From a virus (taxonomy: Duplodnaviria; Caudoviricetes), in IMG/VR virus record IMGVR_UViG_3300047457_000862, positions 1-59,311 of that record: DNA of 59,311 bases, one strand, 5' to 3'. Below the pieces are notes generated by a model. That model saw nothing but the letters and a program-made list of their open reading frames with translations, was not told the DNA's origin and made no database searches. Below, one piece after another: positions 19,105 through 28,647 of this stretch (its first letter is position 1; the number at the start of each line of letters is the position of its first letter). The position numbers were made by a program, and so were the translations under genes.

Positions 19105-19860
19105 TCAGAGTTTCTGCACTTTCGCGAGAATCTTGCGCTTTCCCTGACGGAGAATGGCGTTCACCCGATGGTTCCCGTCCTTCAGAACATACACCCCATG
19201 GCCAAGGTGGCTCACCACCGGAGGCGGGAGGTTCTTTTTCCGGGCCATCTTGCTGACCTTGCCATTGTCGATTCCCCACTGCGGGCTCACGATGGAGCGG
19301 ATGCGGACCATGCGCTCCTTGCCCTCTCCGATGCGGTGAATGCCTGGCTTTACTCCCTTTCGGAAGATTGGGTTCTCGACTCGCTCGAACTGGATGGCGG
19401 GGAGGAGGGAGGAAAATACCGTGGCACCAGCCGCAAGCACCTGACTTGGCTGTCTGGTTCGATCCAACGCCCAGTCAAGATGGCCTGCATACCACTTTTC
19501 CGCTTGCTTCTTGTACGGCTCGACCATATCCGGCGACATCCTGCGGACAGCCGCTCGGTTGGCCATCCTCTCGCCCAATAACTTCCATCGGATGCGCTTG
19601 TCTCCTTGTGATTTCTGAAATCTCTCCACCGGGCGCTGTGCGGCGTGATGACCCGCCTCGTGATGTAGCGCGAATACAGGATGTTCGCGCCCTACCTCGA
19701 TCCCGCCGATAGGATTCTCGAATGTTCCTGGTCGATAGTAACCAGATGTAGCTTCCTTTGTCCGCGTGACTGGCAACCCCTGCCTTTTGAGGTCCCGGAG
19801 CAAACTTTTTGTGTTCCCGAGCCATCCAAACTGGATCAGATCAATGATTTGCCTGCTCAT
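19105..19860 (-). CDS. two-module protein: HEXXH metallopeptidase-like plus ParB/Srx-like domain
   Basis: LHHEAGHH; LPPPVV...VLKDGNHRV; modules preceded by IQFG and IQFE. Confidence 0.7.
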   Translation of the reverse strand: MSRQIIDLIQFGWLGNTKSLLRDLKRQGLPVTRTKEATSGYYRPGTFENPIGGIEVGREHPVFALHHEAGHHAAQRPVERFQKSQGDKRIRWKLLGERMANRAAVRRMSPDMVEPYKKQAEKWYAGHLDWALDRTRQPSQVLAAGATVFSSLLPAIQFERVENPIFRKGVKPGIHRIGEGKERMVRIRSIVSPQWGIDNGKVSKMARKKNLPPPVVSHLGHGVYVLKDGNHRVNAILRQGKRKILAKVQKL

Positions 19861-21638
19861 TTCTTCTTCGGTGGCTGGTTGGATTCTGGAGCGTGCTCGC
19901 CTTCCGGAGTGAGCCCGGCTTCGCGATTCAAATCTTCGGTGGTCGGCTCCTGCGGAACGATCTTCTCGGCCTCGCCCTGCGGAAGCCCGAACACCTGCAT
20001 GAGCGTCTGGATGGCGCTGTCGCGGTCCATCTTCCCCTCTCCGACCGCAACGAGAATATCCGTGAGCTGCTTGACCCCCTTATCTCCGATCGCCTGAATG
20101 CTGACCGGAGGCGGCGGCGGCTGCGGGGTCGGAGACAGATATGCGGCCTTCTGCGCTGTGATGTCCGAGTAGAGTCCGCGAGCGAACACCTCCGCAGGCA
20201 GTCCGGCTTTGGCCCCTTCCGAGATTGCCGTGTTGGCAGCCTGAGCATTTGACTGGAACACCTCCTGCGGTGTGTAGCCATACTTGGATGTGACGTCGGA
20301 CACGGGAAAGATCCCTGTCTGGACACCATGAATGTCGTTCTGCATCTCGTATCCGGCATCCGTGGTGATCCACGGGCCGAAGTGCCATGCCGAGTTGAAC
20401 TGCCCCGGGCTCGCCGGAATCTCCTTCCGAGCAACTCCGAATGCGATCACCTTGTTGCGGATTCGGGTGAGGATCTTCTGGACGATGATGTTGTTCTGCC
20501 AGCCCTGAATCGTGCGGAGGTCGCCCTGAAGCTCGATGCGCTGCGAAACGCCCCCAAGGCTCGCGAGATCCCACAGGAAGCCGTAGGACAGCTTCATGGA
20601 GTGCGCCATGCGCCGGATGAGGGTCTGGACGAACACCATTGTCGAACCCGATGGACGGGCGGAAGGAGTGACCATCTGGAACATCTCGCCCTCACCCATC
20701 TTGAGGATCTTGCCCCATGCGGCCTCCTGCGATGGAGTACCCGCCGCCGTCTTGCCATCCCAAGCGCCGGGTCCAGTATTTGTGAATGGGTCTTTCGTGC
20801 CAACCAGTGCAGTGAACTGACTCTGCGCCTTCATGGAGACCTTCTCTGCGTCGATCCACTCCTTGATGTCGCGAGCGTCGTTCAGTAGACGCAGCAGCTT
20901 CGTTCTACCACGGTATTCATCCCCAGCCTCGGGATCGAACACGTGAATGAAGGCCCGTGGCTCCACCTCGCGCTTATCGACGTACTGGTTGTTCTTCGTG
21001 CGGCGGAATGTGCGATAGCTCACCACCCGTCCGGTCAACGGGTCGATCGTAATACCCCCGATGTAGTTCTCGTTCGTGTCGGACTCCTGCGGGTTGCCGA
21101 TCCTGTCCGCGCTGATCAACTGAACACAGAACTCCCCGTTCGGAGAATACGCAGGATCGACTTCGACGATGCCGCTGTCTCCGTCCACAAGGAACCCAGT
21201 GAACGCGAGCTGCACGAGCTTCGAGAAGCGGTGCCTTCCAGTGATGTCGCAGCGAGTCGTTCCATCCTGTGCTGGCAAGTCCCCGCACCATCCGTGGAAG
21301 TAGTCGTCGTAAATCTTGTTCAGCTCCGGATCACCGGAGTTCGCGTGGTTCGTGATCGTGCCGCACACGTAGTTCACGATGCGTCCGATTACACCGCCGA
21401 TCCACTGATACTGGCACAGGTCCCGGGCATCCCACATCGCCTTGATGCGATCGCGGTTTGCCAGCGAAGTTTCACGCCCTGCGTTCTGGCTCTGGCCGCC
21501 GCTTCCTCCGCGGTGAGTTGAATTCGGGTTATATCCGGTCGAGAACGCCACTTCACTGAACCGAGGATTGAAAACGGTGACGATATTGCCCTGGCCGTCA
21601 TACAATCCCTGCCCTGCTGCGAGTTTGATATCCTTCAT
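19857..21638 (-). CDS. portal protein, lambda family
   Basis: 593 aa; ARDL, DGD.., FIHVFDP..EYRG motifs; follows gpW-like gene. Confidence 0.85.
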   Translation of the reverse strand: MKDIKLAAGQGLYDGQGNIVTVFNPRFSEVAFSTGYNPNSTHRGGSGGQSQNAGRETSLANRDRIKAMWDARDLCQYQWIGGVIGRIVNYVCGTITNHANSGDPELNKIYDDYFHGWCGDLPAQDGTTRCDITGRHRFSKLVQLAFTGFLVDGDSGIVEVDPAYSPNGEFCVQLISADRIGNPQESDTNENYIGGITIDPLTGRVVSYRTFRRTKNNQYVDKREVEPRAFIHVFDPEAGDEYRGRTKLLRLLNDARDIKEWIDAEKVSMKAQSQFTALVGTKDPFTNTGPGAWDGKTAAGTPSQEAAWGKILKMGEGEMFQMVTPSARPSGSTMVFVQTLIRRMAHSMKLSYGFLWDLASLGGVSQRIELQGDLRTIQGWQNNIIVQKILTRIRNKVIAFGVARKEIPASPGQFNSAWHFGPWITTDAGYEMQNDIHGVQTGIFPVSDVTSKYGYTPQEVFQSNAQAANTAISEGAKAGLPAEVFARGLYSDITAQKAAYLSPTPQPPPPPVSIQAIGDKGVKQLTDILVAVGEGKMDRDSAIQTLMQVFGLPQGEAEKIVPQEPTTEDLNREAGLTPEGEHAPESNQPPKKK

Positions 21639-21895
21639 TGAATCTGTGAGAAATCGACAACACCGATGCCGTGGTTGATTACTGGCTTAACGATCACGGT
21701 CGCACCGCGCTCCTTGAGGACGTAGGCGATTGCATTGAGCTGATCCTGAAGCATTCGCAGATCGCGGGTGAGAGACTTCGTCCCCATCGACTGAGACACG
21801 ATGGTCGTCTCCTTCGCCTCAAGGGCGGTCTGCAACGCTTCGAGCGCGGCGGTGTCTTTGGCGCGGTAGCGCAGCAGGTAGTCCGTATAGGCCAT
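21635..21895 (-). CDS. head-to-tail joining protein (gpW-like)
   Basis: 86 aa just upstream of portal; helix-SQSMGTKSLTR-helix pattern. Confidence 0.65.
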   Translation of the reverse strand: MAYTDYLLRYRAKDTAALEALQTALEAKETTIVSQSMGTKSLTRDLRMLQDQLNAIAYVLKERGATVIVKPVINHGIGVVDFSQIQ

Positions 21896-21916
21896 GCTGT
21901 GTGCCTCAATGTCAAC
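21896..21916 (-). promoter_or_regulatory. GTTGACA-N14-ATG late-gene motif (copies also at 6454, 7220, 9922, 10448)
   Basis: Recurrent motif at fixed spacing to start codons. Confidence 0.6.
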
Positions 21917-22160
21917 ACCCCGGCTTTCCACCACCAAAAATGAAAAATTCCGAGTTACGTTTAGTTAGAGATAATTAAGCGTAACCCAGGTTGTAGCGGG
22001 TGTTTGGGCGGCGCTGCCGGATCACACAAAATGGTTTGGCAGGCAGCCCGACCCCGCCGCACGTCCCGGGTCGCGTGACTCGGGGGAGCGCAATACTATC
22101 ATCACGACGCTCCCGTGGTAACAAACTCTAGTCCGGAGGATAAAGGGACAGCCAAAGCAA

Positions 22161-22427
22161 GTGAAAACACGCAACCAAAAGACCAGCACCGTAAACGTGA
22201 TCCTAAAGGATCGCTCATCATACGCCTTCGCCTCGCGGGATGAGGCGAAGGCATTCGCTCGCGGATCGTACCGGCCGTATGTTATGTCGGTGAAGAAGAG
22301 TCGCCCGCAGACAATCATCAACCCCCTCCAAAAACCCACGAACTCGGAGGTATCAGAGGCGATAGAGAGGTGGAGAATCGAGGATGCGAGGCGTCTGTAC
22401 CGCGACATGCTCGGCGCTGAAATCTAG
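22161..22427 (+). CDS. hypothetical early protein
   Basis: First ORF of the plus-strand block. Confidence 0.45.
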   Translation: MKTRNQKTSTVNVILKDRSSYAFASRDEAKAFARGSYRPYVMSVKKSRPQTIINPLQKPTNSEVSEAIERWRIEDARRLYRDMLGAEI

Positions 22428-22562
22428 TCAGACGAACTCCCCTTCTCGGCGAAAGCCGGGGAGGGGAGCGGTCTGCTTGGAAGTCCAAGCAACGGGGAAA
22501 TCAACCGCAGGCGACCCGTGCCTGCAACAAACCAAGTCTCCCGATAACGGAGCATCAAAACA

Positions 22563-22778
22563 ATGGCACGCACTGTGCGCAACGTAACCCATGCCGGATA
22601 CCTACGGCACATCAAAACCCACAACGAAGCTGCGGCATATTTCCGCTCCGTATTCGAGGCCGAGGAGACCCCCGAGTACCGCCATCGCCATCGCCGCGTC
22701 CCTCGCAGCACGCTCCCCGATGCGTGGGAGGACATCCCGCTGTCCTGCTATCGCGAGGCCCGACTCCACCGCCGCTAG
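22563..22778 (+). CDS. hypothetical protein
   Basis: 71 aa; A-rich leader; LPDAWED motif; followed by a hairpin. Confidence 0.55.
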   Translation: MARTVRNVTHAGYLRHIKTHNEAAAYFRSVFEAEETPEYRHRHRRVPRSTLPDAWEDIPLSCYREARLHRR

Positions 22779-22892
22779 GCAGACACCCCGCCCTCTTCCA
22801 ATCGGGAGAGGGCGGCAGTCTGCTCGGACAATCCGAGTGAGGCACAACACAACTCCGCAGGAGAGCCTCCCTGCACAAGAAAAAGCAAAACA

Positions 22893-23243
22893 ATGAAAAG
22901 CAACGCAATCATCGCCCTCGCGGCGATGCTCAACAACGCCAACAAGAACCTCCGCAACGCCGCCAGCAATGGCGAGCGATTCAGCCCTGCCCTCGGCCTG
23001 GACGCTATCAGGAAGGAGACAGCAGCCCAAGCACTGAGAACCATCGGGGTTCCAGTGCTGGACCCCTACGCCGGGCAGGCAGTCGTCCGCAAGGACGGCA
23101 CGCAGTTCCGCGTGATCCACGTCTCCCTCGAAGGGGATGTGGTGGCCGAGTCGGTCCGCACGACGGAGATGTTCTCCGGAGACATCGTCTCCTTCTCGAC
23201 TCAGTTCACGGAGGCCCCACTCCCGGAGGGCTGCGAGCACTGA
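22893..23243 (+). CDS. hypothetical protein
   Basis: 116 aa; A-rich leader; flanked by hairpins. Confidence 0.6.
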   Translation: MKSNAIIALAAMLNNANKNLRNAASNGERFSPALGLDAIRKETAAQALRTIGVPVLDPYAGQAVVRKDGTQFRVIHVSLEGDVVAESVRTTEMFSGDIVSFSTQFTEAPLPEGCEH

Positions 23244-23466
23244 GTTAGTTCCAACACTGCCGGGAGCCCCCACTCCCGGCAGCATGGAGCCAACGAAGAC
23301 ACTGTTCTTCAGAAGCACCAACCGTCCGCGTCAAGTGATTCGGACTGGGCGAACACAACAGGCAGACAAGCTCTGCCGACCCGGTCGCATACGCCCTGCG
23401 ACCAACCAACCCCTGCGCACTCACTCCGGCTGTGAGTGTAGCGAATCAAATGCCGGAATCAAAACC

Positions 23467-24345
23467 ATGCAAAACAATGCACAAAACAACCCCCATCACG
23501 TAACCGTCCGCGAAGCAGCGGTCGCACTCCAGGCAGCCGGAGTAATCATCCCGGCAAACCTGCCAAAAATCGCCTACGCACGCGCCGTGCGCGAGGCTTA
23601 CGCAAAGCTCCAGCGCCGCAACGCGCAGGCAGCAGCGCCGAAACCCGCGCCGAAGCCGATGGTGGCTCAGGTGAAGCCCAAGCGCGTCGAGGAGCCAACC
23701 TCTCCGGCAGAGGTGTTCGCGCCTGGAACACGGTTCGTCGCATCGCGGACTGTGAACCAGCTCAGGGACATCGTCGTGTCCCTCGGAGGCCGCGACCCGC
23801 TGGCTGGTTCCAAGAGCTCGCTTGCACGTCTTGTGGTCAAGCTGACCGCCGACGACATCGAGCGTCGCAATCGCGATGTCGCTAACGCGGCGATGGCGAT
23901 TCACCGCCGCCGCCAGAAGTGGCAGGCCAAGGCAGCCCGCGCTGCGGAGCTCGGAGTGGAACTGGCGAACGAGGAGCGCCGGACGGGGATCTACCGCTTC
24001 GAGACGGAGCTGGAGCTCAAGGAGCGCATCAACCCGCTCAAGTGGGAGGACATCATCATAGACGGTCTCCGCGCCGCCCTTGAGGCACCGAAACCCAGCA
24101 ATCCACCGCAGGCATGGCGCGTCGTAACGCCTCAAGAAATTGAGGAGCACGACGAGTTCATGGACCGCGTGCTCGACGCTAACCGCCGCGCCCGCAAGGC
24201 CCGTGCGAAGCGTGACGCAGACTTCGTCAAGAAGTCACACCGCAAAGCACGCGGTCAACGCCGCGAGGAGATCGCCCCGGAAGCGGAGCCCGTGATCGTG
24301 TCGCTTATCGACAACGATCCAGCGTCGAATCCGGGGCGCTGGTAG
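23467..24345 (+). CDS. hypothetical basic protein
   Basis: Likely start MQNNAQ after an AAAACC leader. Confidence 0.6.
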   Translation: MQNNAQNNPHHVTVREAAVALQAAGVIIPANLPKIAYARAVREAYAKLQRRNAQAAAPKPAPKPMVAQVKPKRVEEPTSPAEVFAPGTRFVASRTVNQLRDIVVSLGGRDPLAGSKSSLARLVVKLTADDIERRNRDVANAAMAIHRRRQKWQAKAARAAELGVELANEERRTGIYRFETELELKERINPLKWEDIIIDGLRAALEAPKPSNPPQAWRVVTPQEIEEHDEFMDRVLDANRRARKARAKRDADFVKKSHRKARGQRREEIAPEAEPVIVSLIDNDPASNPGRW

Positions 24346-24554
24346 TGAAACCCGGCCTCATAGCGCTGGCCCTTATGGCCGGACTGCTCCCGTGGATACC
24401 GGGGTGCGAAAAGCAACCGACAAGAGCGAGCACTACAAAGGGTGGCTACACGCTCGAAACCATAGAGCACGATGGACACCGCTTCGTTGTATGGGAGGGT
24501 GGCAACCGAGGAGGAATCCTGCACCATCCAGGATGCCCCTGCGGCGGAAAATAA
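24345..24554 (+). CDS. small putative lipoprotein
   Basis: Signal-like N-terminus with Cys; GGILHHPGCPC motif. Confidence 0.55.
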   Translation: MKPGLIALALMAGLLPWIPGCEKQPTRASTTKGGYTLETIEHDGHRFVVWEGGNRGGILHHPGCPCGGK

Positions 24555-24752
24555 CATGAGTCGAGGACAAAAAGCGGTTGCGAAGAGCCGCCGCATACTA
24601 AAGCGCCGGACAGCGAAGCGCGAACGCCGCGACGGGATGTTTCTCGTCCAGGTCCAACTCCACGAGGAACTCTCGTTCGCGCTCAGCGTGCGCGAGATGA
24701 CCGAGAAGGAGTACGACCGGGTCCTTAGCGACATGATCGCGGAGGGATCGCT

Positions 24753-25016
24753 ATGATCGAGCTTCCAGAGCACCTAGTCATCGCGGCCAGCGTGATCGTG
24801 TTCGTCCTGGGCGCGCTGTTCGGAGTCGGGTGGCACCTGCTCATGAAGCGCAAGTTCCCGGAAAAGCGGAATCACTCGTGTCCGTACTGCGGAAGCACTG
24901 ACCTCCGCTACATGACGGACTGGAACTCCGAGACCGTCGATAAGGACGATATCGGGTTCTCCGAGACAACATCGGAGTATCTGTGCCAGGACTGCAACAG
25001 GGGGCATTGGATATGA
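24753..25016 (+). CDS. membrane-anchored Zn-ribbon protein
   Basis: TM helix, CPYC...CQDC. Confidence 0.6.
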   Translation: MIELPEHLVIAASVIVFVLGALFGVGWHLLMKRKFPEKRNHSCPYCGSTDLRYMTDWNSETVDKDDIGFSETTSEYLCQDCNRGHWI

Positions 25017-25122
25017 GCCAGCCAGCAATCGGGGCTCTCGCCCTGTTCGCGGCCTTCGCTGTCGCCTGCATCGTGGCTTACGCTACGGTGAAGTTCCTGA
25101 ACTGGCTCGACGGGAGCGACAA

Positions 25123-25359
25123 GTGAGCGACCGCATCGTAGCCCGCTGGGAGACTCGCGGAAAGGACTGGCTCCAGCTCACAAAGGACGAGAAGCCGCGC
25201 TGGTATTCCTACAAAGGAAACGGATGCGGTGGCGGGTTCGAGGCAGACTCGGACGAAGCCGCAATCAAGCGCATGGAGAACCCGTGGGGACATCCAGACG
25301 GCACCGGACAGGTCACGGTGCTGAAAAGCGACAGACCTTCGCTACGGAGGGTGAAGTGA
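25123..25359 (+). CDS. hypothetical protein
   Basis: 78 aa; stop overlaps the next start. Confidence 0.55.
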   Translation: MSDRIVARWETRGKDWLQLTKDEKPRWYSYKGNGCGGGFEADSDEAAIKRMENPWGHPDGTGQVTVLKSDRPSLRRVK

Positions 25360-25539
25360 AGCGCAAGACCCAAGAGCAGCTACCGCTGCTGCTCAACACC
25401 GATCGCCAGGGACAACTGTTCCTTGGCGACGAAAAGACCAGCCGTGAAAACATGCACCGCTATCGCATGAGCAAGTTGCTCGGCGAGATGGCGCGCGGAC
25501 TGGCAATCCGAACTGGCGGAAACCACCAGAAATAACACC

Positions 25540-25966
25540 ATGAGCACACCAAACCTCGGAGTGGCACTGACAAAGTGCTTCTTCTGCAACAAGGATGACG
25601 CGATCATCCTCAACACCAAACTCACCCCGTTCTTCGCGAACAGGGTGAAGGAGGCGCACGGCAAAGTCATCAGCATGGACCCGTGCAACAAGTGCCGGGA
25701 CTTCATGAAGATGGGGGGTCATCGTAATCACCATCGACGACTCGAAGAGCGACCCGGGCTGGAACCGACCGGATGGAACCGACCACTGGATGCCGAACCC
25801 ATACCGCACGGGCGGATGGTTCGTCGTCAAGGATGACTTCGTGAAGCGACTTCCGGAGCCGTTATCCAGCCACGCACTGAAGCATCGCTTCATGTTCATG
25901 GAGCATGAAGCGGCGAAGCAGATAGGGCTGCTGGACGCGAAACCAACGATGGAGGAGACCGAATGA
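25540..25966 (+). pseudogene. Zn-binding phage protein interrupted by one extra G in a G6 run
   Basis: CFFC...PCNKC; removing one G at 25713-25718 restores ...MGVIVITID...PNPYRTGGWFVVK... ending in a TGA that overlaps the next ATG. Confidence 0.7.
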
Positions 25967-26226
25967 CCGCGCTCGAAAAACTGATCGCTGAAGCCACTCC
26001 TATGCCTTGGCGATGCGGACTGAGTGAGCGCGACCCACAGAAGCGCAAGGCGAACGAGAAGCTGTTCGTCCACGCCGTCAACATGCTCCCGAAGCTGGTG
26101 GCGGCGCTGGAAGAAATCGAGCGCCTCACTACGACATACAGCGAGAGCAGCTTGTCGTTCGGGGTGATTAGCAAGAAGGCTGCCGCCGTCCTCGCCGAAG
26201 CCAACAACCCGGAGGTCTCAAAGTGA
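25963..26226 (+). CDS. hypothetical protein
   Basis: ATPMPW...ANEKLFVHAVN; coupled ORF. Confidence 0.6.
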   Translation: MTALEKLIAEATPMPWRCGLSERDPQKRKANEKLFVHAVNMLPKLVAALEEIERLTTTYSESSLSFGVISKKAAAVLAEANNPEVSK

Positions 26227-27032
26227 TCCTGGCAACCGACCCAGAGGCGCGCAGGCTCCTGGAGGCAGTGGCCGACATCGCGTTCATCGCAGGAGCGAAC
26301 CACTATCATTCCGGTGATTCGCGGCAGGACACCGATCTCTTCATCAAGGGAGCGTTCGAGTTCGAGAAGAAGCGCAAGGTGGACGAGAAAAGGAATGAAA
26401 CCTACGATGGCGAGGACTACATGACCGCCATCGAGCGGTTCGCATACGACCTACTGGAATTGGAACCCCTCTGGGGCCAACAACCGCCCGCAACGGGCAA
26501 CGCCACTCCGACATTGATCGGTGATGGCGAAACACAAAAAGAGAAAATAAACATGGAAGAAACTGCAAGCAAATGGACTCGATTCATGGACATGAACTCT
26601 GGCGGAGGCCAGAAAGAGAAATGGTCGATCATCTTGATTGAAGCGCCGGAGAATGAGGCGAGAGTGATCTTCTACAACCGCTTTGGGCATAATCCGGAGC
26701 GCGTCACCTGCACCTGCTGCGGCGAGGATTACTCAATCACCGAGGGCGATTCGCTGGAGCAACTCACCGCCTACGAACGCGGCTGCCGATACGCCTATGT
26801 GCATAAGGAGACAGGCGTGGTAGCGCCACACGGCTTCGTCCCCACAGAGGGCGCAGTTGAACAATACACAAGGAAGTACGTCGAAGGCAGCGAGCACGGA
26901 ACCTCGCGCCGCTACCTGACACTGGAGGAATACCTCAAGGACGAGAAAGTGCTCGTCGTTCGAGCATCCGAGATCCCTCCCGATCAGCGCCAAGGAGACG
27001 TGCCAGCGCAAGGCTATGTATGGGCCGAATGA
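26223..27032 (+). CDS. hypothetical protein, C-half with CxCCG motif (possible two-gene fusion)
   Basis: Low-complexity linker then MEETASKW...; CTCCGEDY. Confidence 0.55.
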   Translation: MILATDPEARRLLEAVADIAFIAGANHYHSGDSRQDTDLFIKGAFEFEKKRKVDEKRNETYDGEDYMTAIERFAYDLLELEPLWGQQPPATGNATPTLIGDGETQKEKINMEETASKWTRFMDMNSGGGQKEKWSIILIEAPENEARVIFYNRFGHNPERVTCTCCGEDYSITEGDSLEQLTAYERGCRYAYVHKETGVVAPHGFVPTEGAVEQYTRKYVEGSEHGTSRRYLTLEEYLKDEKVLVVRASEIPPDQRQGDVPAQGYVWAE

Positions 27033-27634
27033 GCACCGCCAAGAAATCAGGCCCGGTGACACTGCGGGGAATTGCCGCCAATGCCGCGTGCATCGGAGCT
27101 GAAGTTCGGAACCTGATGCCAGGAACGGACATCGGCAGAATCTACGACAAGATCATCGATGCCGCACTGGCGCTTTCGGAAGTCGAAGCCGAGGAGGGAT
27201 TCTCGTGGGAGACCTCTCCGAATGATTGGGAGTCCGTTTGCTACGCAGCGGCGGGGCTGATCTCGGACTCGAAGGAAACCGACTGGAGCCACTTCTTCCG
27301 AAAGACTACCCACCCCCCATCCATCCAGAGGTCGCTAAAAGAAGCGCTTGAAAAAGTGCGCGGCGACAAACGCCATCCACTACACATCGAAGCATGGCAT
27401 CCTTCGTACTGGAGAACCAGCCAATACCCGACCTATGAGGCAGCGAAGGAACAAGGAGGGGTCTATAAAGGCGAGGTCTGCTATGGACTCTCCTCATTCC
27501 TCGATTCGATGTCCAATGTGGCAGCCGCGATGAACTGCTGCGATGGAGGATGGGACATGGAGGGGCTCATGGTTCGCATACTCGCAGACGGGGTCGATAT
27601 CGGCGACTTCGAGCTCTCAAAGGGAATCGCGTGA
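27029..27634 (+). CDS. hypothetical protein
   Basis: Coupled ORF. Confidence 0.55.
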   Translation: MSTAKKSGPVTLRGIAANAACIGAEVRNLMPGTDIGRIYDKIIDAALALSEVEAEEGFSWETSPNDWESVCYAAAGLISDSKETDWSHFFRKTTHPPSIQRSLKEALEKVRGDKRHPLHIEAWHPSYWRTSQYPTYEAAKEQGGVYKGEVCYGLSSFLDSMSNVAAAMNCCDGGWDMEGLMVRILADGVDIGDFELSKGIA

Positions 27635-27856
27635 GCACCCGCATAAAATCCGCAGCAGAGTGCGAAATAGACGCACTGGCAGCGTGCAATGTCGGCGGCC
27701 GAATCAGGGCCGCGATCCACAAGATCGACAACAATGAGCCATCATCAGCGAAGCTCATTCTCGAAGAACTTCTCTGCTTCATCGAACAGATAGACCTCCC
27801 CGAACAACCCAGCGCCGACATGCTCGACGCGGGGACGAAAACACAGGAATAACCCT

Positions 27857-28183
27857 ATGGCAAAAACAACCAATACTCGCCGTCGTGAACGCGACCGCGA
27901 GCAGTCAGCAGCACGCAACATCGTGATCGCTGCAATCAGCCCGCTCAAAGCGGCACTCAAGGACGAACACATCACGTTCGACGACATCGGAGTGGCTTCA
28001 TCCCCCAGCGGGGCTGCGGCCTACCGACTGGCGCTGGTGTCGCGCAAGCCGGTTACTATCACCGTGCTTTCGGACTCCCCGATGAACTTCCTCGTTCAGC
28101 AAGGAGGAACAGCCGACACATGCCCAGGCGTGGCGCGGGCTATGGCCGCCGTCACGTTTTTCCTCACAGGAGGCACCCGATGA
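27857..28183 (+). CDS. hypothetical protein
   Basis: 108 aa in operon. Confidence 0.5.
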   Translation: MAKTTNTRRRERDREQSAARNIVIAAISPLKAALKDEHITFDDIGVASSPSGAAAYRLALVSRKPVTITVLSDSPMNFLVQQGGTADTCPGVARAMAAVTFFLTGGTR

Positions 28184-28647
28184 CCCAAGTGCGCGTAATC
28201 ATTCGCACAAAGGACGGCTACTGGGCAAAGTCGTCGTCACTGGATGGGGCGGTGCGACAGCTCCGGAAAGCCGGGGCTCGCGGCGTCCTTGACGCCAGCA
28301 TCACCGTCGCAACCGGAAAGATGGAGGACATCTCCGGAGTTCAAGTAAGCAGCTACGGTGACATCACGGCACCGCACGGCACCGAGCTTCATCACATCGG
28401 GACGATTCGCATCTCCACACGGAAGGCGTCCAAGTGAAGCGCGAAGGATGGACGAAAGTGCCATCGGCAACCCCGGGAGGAAAACCGTTCTTCTACCACA
28501 ACAAAGCACTCAAGCGATGGGTGGTATGGGACCGCGAACAAGGCGCATGGGTAGTATCCAGCGTTTCTGTTCGAGTAATCAAGTTTAGAAGACAATCGTT
28601 CTTCCAGACTCCAACACAGGCTGCAATCGCAGCGGAAGGAAAATAAT

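Noticed and set aside
7600-21500. Many long plus-strand ORFs over the structural genes
   Set aside because: Antisense shadows expected in GC-rich coding DNA; no motifs.
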